64,000 nucleotides of DNA from Candidatus Ozemobacteraceae bacterium (GTDB lineage: Bacteria > Muiribacteriota > Ozemobacteria > Ozemobacterales > Ozemobacteraceae), in NCBI GenBank assembly GCA_965140445.1, contig OZ223236.1, positions 2,144,001-2,208,000 of the forward strand, read 5' to 3'. Shown here piece by piece: positions 47,564-57,158 of the stretch (the first letter of the stretch is position 1; each line of letters starts with the position of its first letter). Under the pieces are notes generated by a model. It searched no databases. It saw only the letters and a list, made by a program, of their open reading frames with translations, and was not told where the DNA came from. Both the position numbers and the translations under genes were made by a program.

Positions 47564-49084
47564 TTAATCTTTATCGCTTTTTACTGACGCAGAGACTGCT
47601 CTTTCACTTGCCCAGTTTTTGATAAACTTGATTTGCTCTGACATGGTTCGAGAAAGAGGAACTGTGCTTCTGATGATTGTGTAAAGGTCGTCCTGGTGAA
47701 GCTTTTCATTTCTATGAAATGCCTCAACCATAGCGGCTTCCACAACATGTTCTATTTCAGCGCCGTTCCAGAATTCTGTGGCAACACTCAGGAGAGGGAG
47801 GTCAAACTCTTCGAGGTTGTTTCCTCTTCTTTTTAGATGAACTTTAAAAATTGATTCCCGTTCTTCATCATTTGGGAGATCAATGAAGAAAACTTGATCA
47901 AACCTTCCTTTACGGATGATTTCAGCTGGTAATAAATCAATTCTGTTGGCGGTTGCAGCGACAAAAACATCAGCAGATTTTTCCTGCATCCAGGTCAAAA
48001 AGGCTGAAAAGATGTGAGATCCAGTTCCGCCATCTTTTGCCGTGTTGCTACTAATACCACCCTCAATTTCATCAATCCAGAGTATGGCCGGTGAAACAGC
48101 TTCGATACTTTTTACGGCACGGTGAAAAGTCCCTTCCGGGGTTCCGTACACACCTGAGTATACCTTGTTCATGTCCAGTCTGAATAATGGAAGGCTCCAG
48201 AGTGAACTGATTGCTTTTACTGACAAAGATTTACCGCAACCGGAAATACCCATCATTAGTAAGCCTCTTGGGGGCCTGATTCCTGCTTTAGCGGCTTCAT
48301 CTGTAAAAAGTCTTTTTCGTTTTACAAGCCAGTCTTTAAGGTTTTCTAACCCGCCAACGTCCTGAAGCGATTCTTCAGCTCTGACATACTCTAAAACACC
48401 GTCTTTTCTGGCTAATTGCTCTTTTTCATGGTGCAAAATCTCAATTGCATCGGCATCAAATGATTTTCTTCCCCATGAGGCTTTATTCAAAGCATATTTT
48501 GCTTCAGAAGCAGTAAAGCCTTTTAAGGCGTTGACTGCCTGGCATTTCTGATCTTCATTTAAGGAGATTTCTACTCCTCTTTTGCTTAAATTTTCGATGG
48601 ATTCTTCCAGCAATTTTCCAAGCTCAGCTTGATTGGGAAGATCATAGCTGATGAGCATGATGTCTTTTCTAAGGTCTGGTGGGATAATAAATTCTGTACC
48701 GGTTAAGAACAGAAATTTATTTTGGCCACTGAATTTGCTGTTCAGATTTTTTATTCGTCTTTGTATTTCCGGTTTATCTAAAAGTTGGGTAAGGTCACGA
48801 AAAACAAAGAAGCCGGGCCCTGAGGCCTCTGCTACTGTATCCAGGGCTTCTTCTGCTGTTAGTGAAGTTGATGACCCGGTTGATAAAACGCACAGCCCTG
48901 CTTGCATATCCCAGGAAGCGAATTCTCCCTTCCCTTGAAAAACAGAATTTGAAAGAGCTTTAAGGGTAGCAACAGTTTGGTCTTCTTCCCATGTCTCAAT
49001 TGCCACAACAGGGTATCCACCAATCAGGGTTTGTTTTATGGCATTAATTGCGCCAGGTCTGGCTAAACTTTCGGTCGAAGTCAT
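47564..49084 (-). CDS. AAA+ ATPase, Ycf46-like
   Basis: Degenerate N-terminal AAA domain, DVGGLENLKDWL, GISGCGKS, LWIDEIE, ATAN, RKGRFD and VPLSRTMSEQI...WA. Confidence 0.9.
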   Translation of the reverse strand: MTSTESLARPGAINAIKQTLIGGYPVVAIETWEEDQTVATLKALSNSVFQGKGEFASWDMQAGLCVLSTGSSTSLTAEEALDTVAEASGPGFFVFRDLTQLLDKPEIQRRIKNLNSKFSGQNKFLFLTGTEFIIPPDLRKDIMLISYDLPNQAELGKLLEESIENLSKRGVEISLNEDQKCQAVNALKGFTASEAKYALNKASWGRKSFDADAIEILHHEKEQLARKDGVLEYVRAEESLQDVGGLENLKDWLVKRKRLFTDEAAKAGIRPPRGLLMMGISGCGKSLSVKAISSLWSLPLFRLDMNKVYSGVYGTPEGTFHRAVKSIEAVSPAILWIDEIEGGISSNTAKDGGTGSHIFSAFLTWMQEKSADVFVAATANRIDLLPAEIIRKGRFDQVFFIDLPNDEERESIFKVHLKRRGNNLEEFDLPLLSVATEFWNGAEIEHVVEAAMVEAFHRNEKLHQDDLYTIIRSTVPLSRTMSEQIKFIKNWASERAVSASVKSDKD

Positions 49085-49290
49085 GGGTTCAAATTATTTA
49101 CAAGACTTTCCAGAGCATGATTCATGTTGGCAAGATCACCTGCTGGATCCGCTCCCTGCCAGTTTTCCTTGTAGAAATGTGCTTCGAACAAGTCGTTAAA
49201 ACAGCTATCATATTGGCAAAAATGTTTGTCTAGAACTGTCAGGTGTTGAAGTTCTATCTGTTCAAGCAAACTAAGTTCAAGTTCTGTCAT
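49081..49290 (-). CDS. Small acidic hypothetical protein coupled to the AAA ATPase gene
   Basis: 69 aa, AAGGA SD upstream, and its stop overlaps the ATPase start (ATGA). Confidence 0.6.
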   Translation of the reverse strand: MTELELSLLEQIELQHLTVLDKHFCQYDSCFNDLFEAHFYKENWQGADPAGDLANMNHALESLVNNLNP

Positions 49291-49602
49291 AGTGCAAGGT
49301 CCTTTTTTTTATCTCGTTCTACTAATGAAGTATAAACGAAAAGTGTCTTTCATCAAGTAAATTGTGGGTTTAAAATCCTTTTTATTTGCAGAAACTTTTG
49401 GAAAGTCTTTATTAGAAAGTGATCACGAAGGTGTCAGATTATTTAATGCGTTGAGAAGCTTGCTATGACATTGTTTTAAGGATACCGGATTAGTATCAGA
49501 AAAGATAAAGTAAATTTGCCTGGAAAAAACATACAATTATATTCCATTAAGGTTGAATTGGCCGCATTGGAGGTGTATCTTCAATGAAACAGGAGAATAA
49601 AA

Positions 49603-50541
49603 ATGATGAAAAGAAAGCTCAAGGACGTAGCAGAATCAATTATAAAATCTATTGAGGAAAGTAAGAAAGGCGTTCAGCATTTTGATAGCTCTCCTCTACC
49701 GGATAAGGACGAGATTTATAAGATAATCAGTAATATTTTTATCTTACTTTTTCCAGGTTATTTTGGGCATTCTGAGATGTCTTTTGAATCTATTGACATG
49801 CGAATCGGGTACCGCGTAGCAAAGGTATATGAGTTGCTTAGACCACAGGTTTACCGGGAAATGATCCATGATTGTAAGGATAATAACAAGCCTTGTGGAA
49901 CCTGTGAAAAGGCTTCTGATATATTGGTCTTGAACTTTCTTGAAAAAATAAATGACATTAGAGAAGCCCTGGATCTTGATATTAAGGCTGCGTTTAACAA
50001 TGATCCGGCTGCGGTTGATTTTGATGAAATCATTTTTAGTTACCCCGGATTGGAAGCTGTTGCTGTTTTCCGTGTTGCGCATTTCTTTTATCAGTCAGGT
50101 TTGAGACTTATACCCAGAATTATGACTGAGTGGGCTCACTCAAAAACGGGAGTCGACATTCATCCTGGTGCAAAAATAGGCAAAAGCTTCTTTATTGATC
50201 ATGGTACCGGCGTTGTTATCGGTGAAACGACCCATATTGGTAATAATGTTACTATTTATCAAGGGGTTACTCTTGGAGCTTTAAACTTCCCCAAAGATGA
50301 ACATGGGCAGGTAATAAGGCGAGCAAAACGACATCCAACGATTGAAGATGGGGTTGTTATATACGCTGGAGCTACTATTCTTGGTGGAGAAACAGTAATC
50401 GGGAAAAGCTCAGTGGTTGGCGGAAATGTTTGGCTAACTGAATCGGTTCCGCCTGAAACACGAGTTATTCTAAAAAAATCTGATTTAACATATTCTCCAA
50501 TTAAGAAAAAGGTTAGAGGAGACACAAATGATAAAAAATAA
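49603..50541 (+). CDS. cysE: Serine O-acetyltransferase
   Basis: DPAA...IIFSYPG...RVAH, TGVDIHPGAKIG, FFIDHGTGVVIGET and KRHPT. Confidence 0.95.
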   Translation: MMKRKLKDVAESIIKSIEESKKGVQHFDSSPLPDKDEIYKIISNIFILLFPGYFGHSEMSFESIDMRIGYRVAKVYELLRPQVYREMIHDCKDNNKPCGTCEKASDILVLNFLEKINDIREALDLDIKAAFNNDPAAVDFDEIIFSYPGLEAVAVFRVAHFFYQSGLRLIPRIMTEWAHSKTGVDIHPGAKIGKSFFIDHGTGVVIGETTHIGNNVTIYQGVTLGALNFPKDEHGQVIRRAKRHPTIEDGVVIYAGATILGGETVIGKSSVVGGNVWLTESVPPETRVILKKSDLTYSPIKKKVRGDTNDKK

Positions 50542-51463
50542 TATTTCTGAAAGAATCGGAAAAACTTCAATTGTAAAATTAAAAAGTTTGGCAGAAAACG
50601 TCCATGGCGAAGTTCTCGCAAAGGTTGAGTTTTTAAATCCGGGTGGTTCTGTTAAAGATAGAATTGCTCTTTCCATGATAGAAGACGCTGAAAAATCTGG
50701 AAAGATTAAACCCGGAGATTTACTCATAGAATCAACTTCGGGTAATACCGGAATTGGTCTTGCGATGGTTGCTGCAGCAAAAGGTTATCGATTGATTCTT
50801 ACCATGCCTGAAACCATGAGTATGGAAAGAAGGAAAATTTTGGCGGCCTATGGTGCCACCCTGGAATTAACCCCCGGCGACAAGGGAATGAAGGGAGCCA
50901 TACTTAGAGCTGAAGAGTTAATGAAGCAATACCCGGATGCCTATTCTCCAGGCCAATTCACAAATCCTGCGAATCCCGCAGCTCATGAATTTAACACGGG
51001 TCCAGAAATAATCGAAGATATTAAAGGTATGCAGATAGATGCTTTTATTTTTGGTGTCGGAACAGGCGGGACGATTACCGGGATCGGCAGAGCTCTTAGA
51101 AAAGCGGGCATAATGGCACCACTTATAGCTGTTGAACCTGCAGGATCACCAGTGTTGTCAGGTGGCAAACCAGGTCCTCATAAGATTCAAGGAATTGGCG
51201 CAGGATTTATCCCTGAGATTCTTGACACTAAGCTCATTGATAAGGTTATTCAGGTTGAAAATGAAGAGGCTATGATAATGGCACGATCCATTGCAGCGAA
51301 TCAGGGTATTTTTGTCGGTATCAGTTCTGGTGCCGCGGCTGCAGCTTCTGTGAAATATTTAAAAGAGTTTAGCACTGCTGAAAAACCGCTTAGAGTCCTG
51401 ACTTTGTTCCCAAGCAACGGAGAAAGATACCTTTCAACTGAATTATTTGCCGATCTGGTATAA
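50528..51463 (+). CDS. cysK: Cysteine synthase A
   Basis: NPGGSVKDRIA (PLP lysine), ESTSGNTG, GVGTGGT, PHKIQGIG and ERYLST. Confidence 0.97.
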   Translation: MIKNNISERIGKTSIVKLKSLAENVHGEVLAKVEFLNPGGSVKDRIALSMIEDAEKSGKIKPGDLLIESTSGNTGIGLAMVAAAKGYRLILTMPETMSMERRKILAAYGATLELTPGDKGMKGAILRAEELMKQYPDAYSPGQFTNPANPAAHEFNTGPEIIEDIKGMQIDAFIFGVGTGGTITGIGRALRKAGIMAPLIAVEPAGSPVLSGGKPGPHKIQGIGAGFIPEILDTKLIDKVIQVENEEAMIMARSIAANQGIFVGISSGAAAAASVKYLKEFSTAEKPLRVLTLFPSNGERYLSTELFADLV

Positions 51464-51476
51464 ACAATAACGAGCA

Positions 51477-51518
51477 GCTTCCCGATAAAAGCCAAAATTG
51501 TCTTTAAATCGGGAAGTT
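51477..51518. terminator. Hairpin after cysK
   Basis: AGCTTCCCGAT...ATCGGGAAGTT inverted repeat. Confidence 0.45.
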
Positions 51519-51520
51519 GT

Positions 51521-51856
51521 ATGTACAGTAAAACTCGGATAGCTCTCTTGTTCGCTTTAATTGCCACAAGTGTTGGCATTTTTTTCAACTTGGGATGTCG
51601 CAGGGCGCCAGCCAAAAAGACTTTGCTATACAAATCAGAAATTGAAGCCCTGAAAAGGGCAGAGCTTGAGAAAAAATCTAAAGGGAATCTTTATTCTAAA
51701 CGGGCAAGTAGCGTTTATCCATGGCAGGAAAAGAAGCCTCGGCCAAATTCTATTCCCGAGAGCATTAGTTGCTCACAGAGAGATATTGAGTCCAAGATAA
51801 ATTATATTCACGAATACATGCATGGAAAAAAGAGCAAATTGAGACTGAGAGATTGA
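51521..51856 (+). CDS. Hypothetical small basic protein, possible lipoprotein
   Basis: Hydrophobic N-terminus ending in NLGC. Lies 4 nt before the next gene. Confidence 0.55.
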   Translation: MYSKTRIALLFALIATSVGIFFNLGCRRAPAKKTLLYKSEIEALKRAELEKKSKGNLYSKRASSVYPWQEKKPRPNSIPESISCSQRDIESKINYIHEYMHGKKSKLRLRD

Positions 51857-51860
51857 TTTC

Positions 51861-54092
51861 ATGAAAAGTTTGAAGCAAGAAAATAGAGCTTTCTGGATCT
51901 TTTTGATCTGGATTTTGGTGCTTCCTTTTATTCATCATCCAGGAATATCTGCGCAAAGTGAAAAAGATGAAGCTGCACAGGAAGAAGTTCTGCCTGATGA
52001 GGCTCCGGAAAAAAATGATGCGGATTCTGAAGAAGTGCAGGGCGATGAAGCCGACCCAGCTCCTAAAGCTGGCGAAGAGGCTGATGAAGAGGAAGAAGAG
52101 CCAGAAAAAGTTGATGAAGCTCTTCCTGCTTTGTCTGCAAACCCTGAAGAACTTGCAATTGAAGTTAACGGGATTTTCAGAGCCAAAAAATTTAAGGATG
52201 TTTTCAAGAAGCTAAGCAAGCATGAAGATGCAGTAGAGACTTCAAAAGATCTTCTGGCGATGTATGTAGAAAGTATTGTGCAATCTGACAAACCAGATTA
52301 TCGCAAAATGGATCGATACGCAGGAATTTTGCTAAGAAAAGACTCCAAAAGTTCCCTTGGAAACTATGCAAAAGCTGTGTCAGCATTAAATGCCAAAAAA
52401 CCAAATCTGAAAAAGGCTTTGTCCTATATTTCAAAAGCTAAATCAGCTAAGAAGCCTTATCCAGACGCAGCTGCGACATACTACATGATTTTATTAAAAT
52501 CATATTGGCAAATTCTTATTGCAATAGTTTTGCTCCCCATTGTTGCGATTGTAAAGGTCATTCAAAAGAAAAAGGCAGCGGCCAAGCCAACAGTAGAGAT
52601 TAATCTCGATGTTCCGGTAGAAGAAAGTTCTTCCGAAAGCCCTGAAAGCGATGTCGTTGAAGAAAGTTCAGCAAATCTTGATGTTGCAACTGAAGCTGTG
52701 CCTTCCTCCGATCCGGTATCAGCTCAATCTGAACAAACAGAACCTTCTGTAAAGCCTGCAGTAGAACCAACCCCATCCGTTCCTGTAACTGAACCCGAAC
52801 CTGCAGTTAATGCTCAACCTGCTGAGCCTTCAACTCCAGCTCCCGCCCCTGAAATTACAGGCGGATCTGTTGCTGTTGAGGCAAATCCTGAGCCAGTAAA
52901 TCCATATTTTCCGCAGTATTCAAATGCTCCTGAAGGAAATGCGCCGGCAACACCGGTGCAGAATGATACACCTGCTCCTGTAATTGAAAAAAATGAACCA
53001 GTAAACCCCTATTTTCCACAATATGGAAACGCTGCTTCAGCTGGGCCTGTTGCTGCGCCTGCCCAGAACGCTAAAGAGCCGGAATCCCCGCTTCCTGTTT
53101 CAACTCCAGTTGCGCCAGAACCACCTGCTTCAGATTATCGGCATCCATCTTTGCAGGCAAAGCATTCTGCAAGTGTTCAAAACCTGGCAGAACCAAGTCG
53201 AAGAGCCCCTGTAAGCGATGATCACGAGTTGGACGCTATCTGGAATAAATTGTGCCAGAAAGCGCTGGATAAGAGAATCCCACGGCAGGTTCGAGACGCA
53301 GCAGAGCAAAGATCGGCGTATCGGCCTGGTTTAGGCGGTTCCCCGAGAACATCATATTCTGGGGCTGAAGTAGGCGATCCTATTGAGCCACAAATTGATT
53401 TTAACGTAACTATCGATCTATCTGAGGATTCACTTAAAGATGATTTAATCGGAAAATTGAAAATGCTGGCCATTAGTGACGGTGAATTAAGATCGTTACT
53501 GGCACAAAAAAATCCAGCTCATATTCCTCATTTTATAGAATATGTATTAACAAAGCCTGAACCAGTTAGGTTATCTCTTGTTGCCAGAGAGTTGGGCCAT
53601 TTTACTGACCCAGCTGTTATCGATACTTTGGCAAGCTTGTTGTATAACGAAGATCAAAGAGTAGCTCTTGCCGCAATTCAAGGGCTGGAGAATTCGAAAA
53701 GCCCAATGGCTATTTTACACATATGCCCCTTTCTAAAATCTGACATTCCTATTCTTGCGCAGGCTGCGAGAAGTGCATTGTCCAATTTTGGTGCTGTTAA
53801 GATTCTAAAAGCCTTTTTGAAGCTTCCAGCTCATCCTGACGAAAGAATTCGTGAATCTGGTGTGTTTGTTTTATCAAGAATGAAGGGCGCTCAGGTTGAA
53901 GAACTTTTGTTGCAAATGCTTCATGACGAATCCCCACTGATTCGCCAGAAGGTTCTTTTGGCTATGTCTTACCAGAAAAATGCGAACTACCTGCCAGATT
54001 TGCGCGAGTTTTTCAGAACAGCTGAAGGCGAAGACAAAACACTGGTAAGGAAAGCTATTGTGTACCTACAGGGATTTTCACGAAAGAGTTAA
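51861..54092 (+). CDS. Single-pass membrane protein with an acidic/helical outer part, a Pro-rich linker and C-terminal HEAT repeats
   Basis: Signal peptide, E/D-rich tract, TM (YWQILIAIVLLPIVAIV), Pro/Ala/Glu linker, and HEAT repeats (LLYNEDQRVALAAIQGL; LHDESPLIRQKVLLAM). Confidence 0.85.
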   Translation: MKSLKQENRAFWIFLIWILVLPFIHHPGISAQSEKDEAAQEEVLPDEAPEKNDADSEEVQGDEADPAPKAGEEADEEEEEPEKVDEALPALSANPEELAIEVNGIFRAKKFKDVFKKLSKHEDAVETSKDLLAMYVESIVQSDKPDYRKMDRYAGILLRKDSKSSLGNYAKAVSALNAKKPNLKKALSYISKAKSAKKPYPDAAATYYMILLKSYWQILIAIVLLPIVAIVKVIQKKKAAAKPTVEINLDVPVEESSSESPESDVVEESSANLDVATEAVPSSDPVSAQSEQTEPSVKPAVEPTPSVPVTEPEPAVNAQPAEPSTPAPAPEITGGSVAVEANPEPVNPYFPQYSNAPEGNAPATPVQNDTPAPVIEKNEPVNPYFPQYGNAASAGPVAAPAQNAKEPESPLPVSTPVAPEPPASDYRHPSLQAKHSASVQNLAEPSRRAPVSDDHELDAIWNKLCQKALDKRIPRQVRDAAEQRSAYRPGLGGSPRTSYSGAEVGDPIEPQIDFNVTIDLSEDSLKDDLIGKLKMLAISDGELRSLLAQKNPAHIPHFIEYVLTKPEPVRLSLVARELGHFTDPAVIDTLASLLYNEDQRVALAAIQGLENSKSPMAILHICPFLKSDIPILAQAARSALSNFGAVKILKAFLKLPAHPDERIRESGVFVLSRMKGAQVEELLLQMLHDESPLIRQKVLLAMSYQKNANYLPDLREFFRTAEGEDKTLVRKAIVYLQGFSRKS

Positions 54093-54095
54093 GGT

Positions 54096-57000
54096 TTAGA
54101 TTCCAGATCTGATATGAAGTAAAATATAGTCTGGCAGCCAGGTAACCCCTTCTGAAAAGGCTCGTAACCTGACATCTATTTCTTTTGCTATTTCCTTTTG
54201 ATTTGCCTTGTTTGCACTTTCTATTATTTGAACAAGACCGTCAGATCCAAGTTTAGCCTGTTCTTGATTCTGAAGGTTTATTACTCCCTGGGTAAACAGG
54301 AATAGGCTTTTGCCTTTTAATGAAACTTCATGGTTTGAAAACTTGGCTTTTGGAATTATGCCAAGTGGGCTTGAGGCAATACTAAGTTGTTGAATCCCAT
54401 CGTTCCCAAGTGAAATTGGAAAAGTCTGTCCCGCATTCGCGCATTTTAAAGTGTCGTTAGTAACATCTACAATTCCTATAAAACCGGTAATCAAATGTCC
54501 TTTTCCTTGATACGGAAGTAAGGTTTTGTTTAGCTCCTGAAGAATGCTTGCGGGGTTGTCTGGGAACTTCAGGCATAAAAGCCTTACTGAACTTTTTAAC
54601 ATTGCAGCAAGTGTCGAAGTTTCGCGAGTTTCATTTACAACTTCAAATATGGCAACAAGAAAACCACCATGTTTCAATGGAAAATAATTCACGACGGCTT
54701 GTGGCGCAATTGATGAAAATCTAAATATCGGCGATATTAAAAAGCTACCAAATCTTGCTTCTTTTTGCTGTATGAGTTCATGGGTTATTTTTTCTGAGAC
54801 CTGTTCTTCTACTAAAAAATGGGTGGCGGCATTAAATTCTGATGCGAGAGAGTCGAATTCTTCGGTCCCGGTTTCTTCTATTTTTTCATTGAATTTTCCC
54901 TCTGCAAAGTGCTTAATTGCGCTATTTAGCTTTGCAACAGGAATCAGTATGCTTTGATTCAGAAGCCAACCCAATGAAAGGCCGATCAAAATAATTATAA
55001 AGTAGCAAAATGCAATCAAGTTCCAGATTCTGTTATATTGTGCCTCTATTTTTGCCACTGGCGTTATTTTCAGGAGTTGGTAATGCTTCAAAAAAGAGCA
55101 TTTTAGAGCGCAAATAATGCTCTCCTGACCATTGATTTTCATTTTCATTGTAAAGTTCTGAAGATGACTTTCCTGCCTTTTGAAAGCCCTTTGAAAGTTC
55201 TTAAATTCCATTAAATCGGGAAAGTTTACCGCAAATTGATGCGTGGAAATTGCTCTTATATCTTCTCCTGAAACCAGTTTTTGCTGATTTTCATCAAAGC
55301 CTGGTTGATTTTTACTTATAAAAAATAGCTCAAGGAATTGTCGCTCAAAGTTAACCAGATCGGTAAAGATTATTGTGCCATACCACGCTTCTTTTGAAGG
55401 ACCTGGAATCACATCAAGAAAACCGAGATGAATTTCATTTATGCCTTGAATATAAGTAAATTTTGAAATGTTGGTTTTGGCTTCTGCAAAGAGTGACTGG
55501 GTTTGTGACTCAATCAGTGTGCCAACCACAAGGTCTGAACCTGATTTTTTGATCGGAGAAGTGATACCTTTTGAGTGGTTCCAAAATTCCATTGCTGAAA
55601 GACATGTATGCTTGAGCAAGTTAACAAATCCAGAATTGCTAAATCCATTTTCATTCAGATTTGCATCCAGATTTGCACCTTCGTGAGAATTCTCAAGCAG
55701 AGCTTTGATATGTTTTGAAGTCAGGTTGGCCTGTCTGGACTTCCAGCTGTTAAAAATAGCTTCACGTTCGGCTCTGGATTTGTCTGAGTGCCTTCTTATT
55801 TCAGCTGTTAGCAGGTCATTTGAATATAGGATTTTTCCAGAAGATGCTACAAGATGCATGCTGTCGACGTTAAAAGACAGATATTTTTTGTGGAAAGTTT
55901 CTCTCAGCTTCTGGACATCTGTTGCTATTGGACTTAGGTTTTTGGTGAACTTCCTCAGATCCAGTAATCTGGATGTAATAAATCTATCGAAGCTTACGTC
56001 AATCTCAGATAATCTGCGAAAATCTTCCTGTTTGCTTTCTTCAAAAAGGGTTGTTTTATACTCGTTTAAATATTGATTCACCAGGAACATAGAAACCACT
56101 ATCGGGAGCGCAAAACTCAGAGAAAAAATTCCAAAAACCCTGTATTTTTGTTCCTTATCATCCTGCTTTAATAAAACGGTTGACCTGTATGTGTGCTTTA
56201 AAAGGAAGAAAGTTACAATAAGAAAGAAAATCAGTGATAAAACCACTAACTTAACCGGCATGCTTGGAATATCCTGAGCTCCGACCAGAAGCGTATATTC
56301 GTCAAATCGCTTTAACAGGACAACCTTGTTTTTGAGGATAAAACGATTAGTTGGATGCTGTTTATAATAGTCCAGCAGATTAAGGGCATCAAATCCTTTC
56401 AGTGTTTGCGGAAGCTTTGATGTTCCGTTTTCAATCATATAGCCAAATCTGTTTTTATCTTTGCTGGAAACGGTTTTGTTAAAGATTTGGCTATGATTTA
56501 GGTTTTGTCCATGAATGAAAACCAGGATTCCCGCAACCATGTTTCCTTTTAGTGATTTGTCTACATCAAAGTAGCAATAAGAGAATCGGTCTGGGTTCCC
56601 AATTTCAATAACTGCGCCATGTTGTTCTCTGGCGTTTTTTAGCACGTATTGTGGAAAGGGAATCAGCTGGCTGAGAGAAGCGATTTCTTCTTCAGTTACG
56701 GGAGCACAGTTCTCGATTTCTGAATTTAGCAGGCTAAAAAGCAACTCATAGGTTGAGTTTGCGCCACGAGTTTTTATTATCTGGGAATTTCCATCAAAAA
56801 GATAAATTTCAAGAGCATTACCTGAAAGTTGTCTGTTAAATTCTGAAATAACTTTGTTTAAAGAATCTGAGTTGGCTGGTAAGCCCTTTAGTTGCAGAAA
56901 AATATTTTTGAATTCTGGCTGGAAAAACCTCACAGCACTGCTTTGATAGGCTGCATCATCTAATTGTTCTTCCAGGTTTTGCCAGATTTTTTGGATTTCC

Positions 57001-57158
57001 TGATTGTGCATATCCCTGCATAGAAGAAACAGTCCCCCGAATAACAGGAATGAGGGAATGCCGAGCGTTAGCGAAACCATGAAAATCCATTTTAAGAATC
57101 TGGACTTATGTTTTTGCCCAGAAGCGCATGCTTCTGCCTTTTTTTGCTCAAATTTCAT
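54096..57158 (-). CDS. Multi-pass membrane HAMP protein with a degenerate SpoIIE/PP2C domain
   Basis: Same architecture as the 6-12 kb pair. Retains CANAGQTFP and SSPLGI, but has IFEVVNE in place of GDVxGHG and FTQG in place of YTDG. Confidence 0.85.
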   Translation of the reverse strand: MKFEQKKAEACASGQKHKSRFLKWIFMVSLTLGIPSFLLFGGLFLLCRDMHNQEIQKIWQNLEEQLDDAAYQSSAVRFFQPEFKNIFLQLKGLPANSDSLNKVISEFNRQLSGNALEIYLFDGNSQIIKTRGANSTYELLFSLLNSEIENCAPVTEEEIASLSQLIPFPQYVLKNAREQHGAVIEIGNPDRFSYCYFDVDKSLKGNMVAGILVFIHGQNLNHSQIFNKTVSSKDKNRFGYMIENGTSKLPQTLKGFDALNLLDYYKQHPTNRFILKNKVVLLKRFDEYTLLVGAQDIPSMPVKLVVLSLIFFLIVTFFLLKHTYRSTVLLKQDDKEQKYRVFGIFSLSFALPIVVSMFLVNQYLNEYKTTLFEESKQEDFRRLSEIDVSFDRFITSRLLDLRKFTKNLSPIATDVQKLRETFHKKYLSFNVDSMHLVASSGKILYSNDLLTAEIRRHSDKSRAEREAIFNSWKSRQANLTSKHIKALLENSHEGANLDANLNENGFSNSGFVNLLKHTCLSAMEFWNHSKGITSPIKKSGSDLVVGTLIESQTQSLFAEAKTNISKFTYIQGINEIHLGFLDVIPGPSKEAWYGTIIFTDLVNFERQFLELFFISKNQPGFDENQQKLVSGEDIRAISTHQFAVNFPDLMEFKNFQRAFKRQESHLQNFTMKMKINGQESIICALKCSFLKHYQLLKITPVAKIEAQYNRIWNLIAFCYFIIILIGLSLGWLLNQSILIPVAKLNSAIKHFAEGKFNEKIEETGTEEFDSLASEFNAATHFLVEEQVSEKITHELIQQKEARFGSFLISPIFRFSSIAPQAVVNYFPLKHGGFLVAIFEVVNETRETSTLAAMLKSSVRLLCLKFPDNPASILQELNKTLLPYQGKGHLITGFIGIVDVTNDTLKCANAGQTFPISLGNDGIQQLSIASSPLGIIPKAKFSNHEVSLKGKSLFLFTQGVINLQNQEQAKLGSDGLVQIIESANKANQKEIAKEIDVRLRAFSEGVTWLPDYILLHIRSGI

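Noticed and set aside
51461..51488. TAAA-N16-CCCGATAA as a sigma-28 promoter
   Set aside because: Spacing and -10 are imperfect, and the sequence is explained as an arm of the hairpin after cysK.
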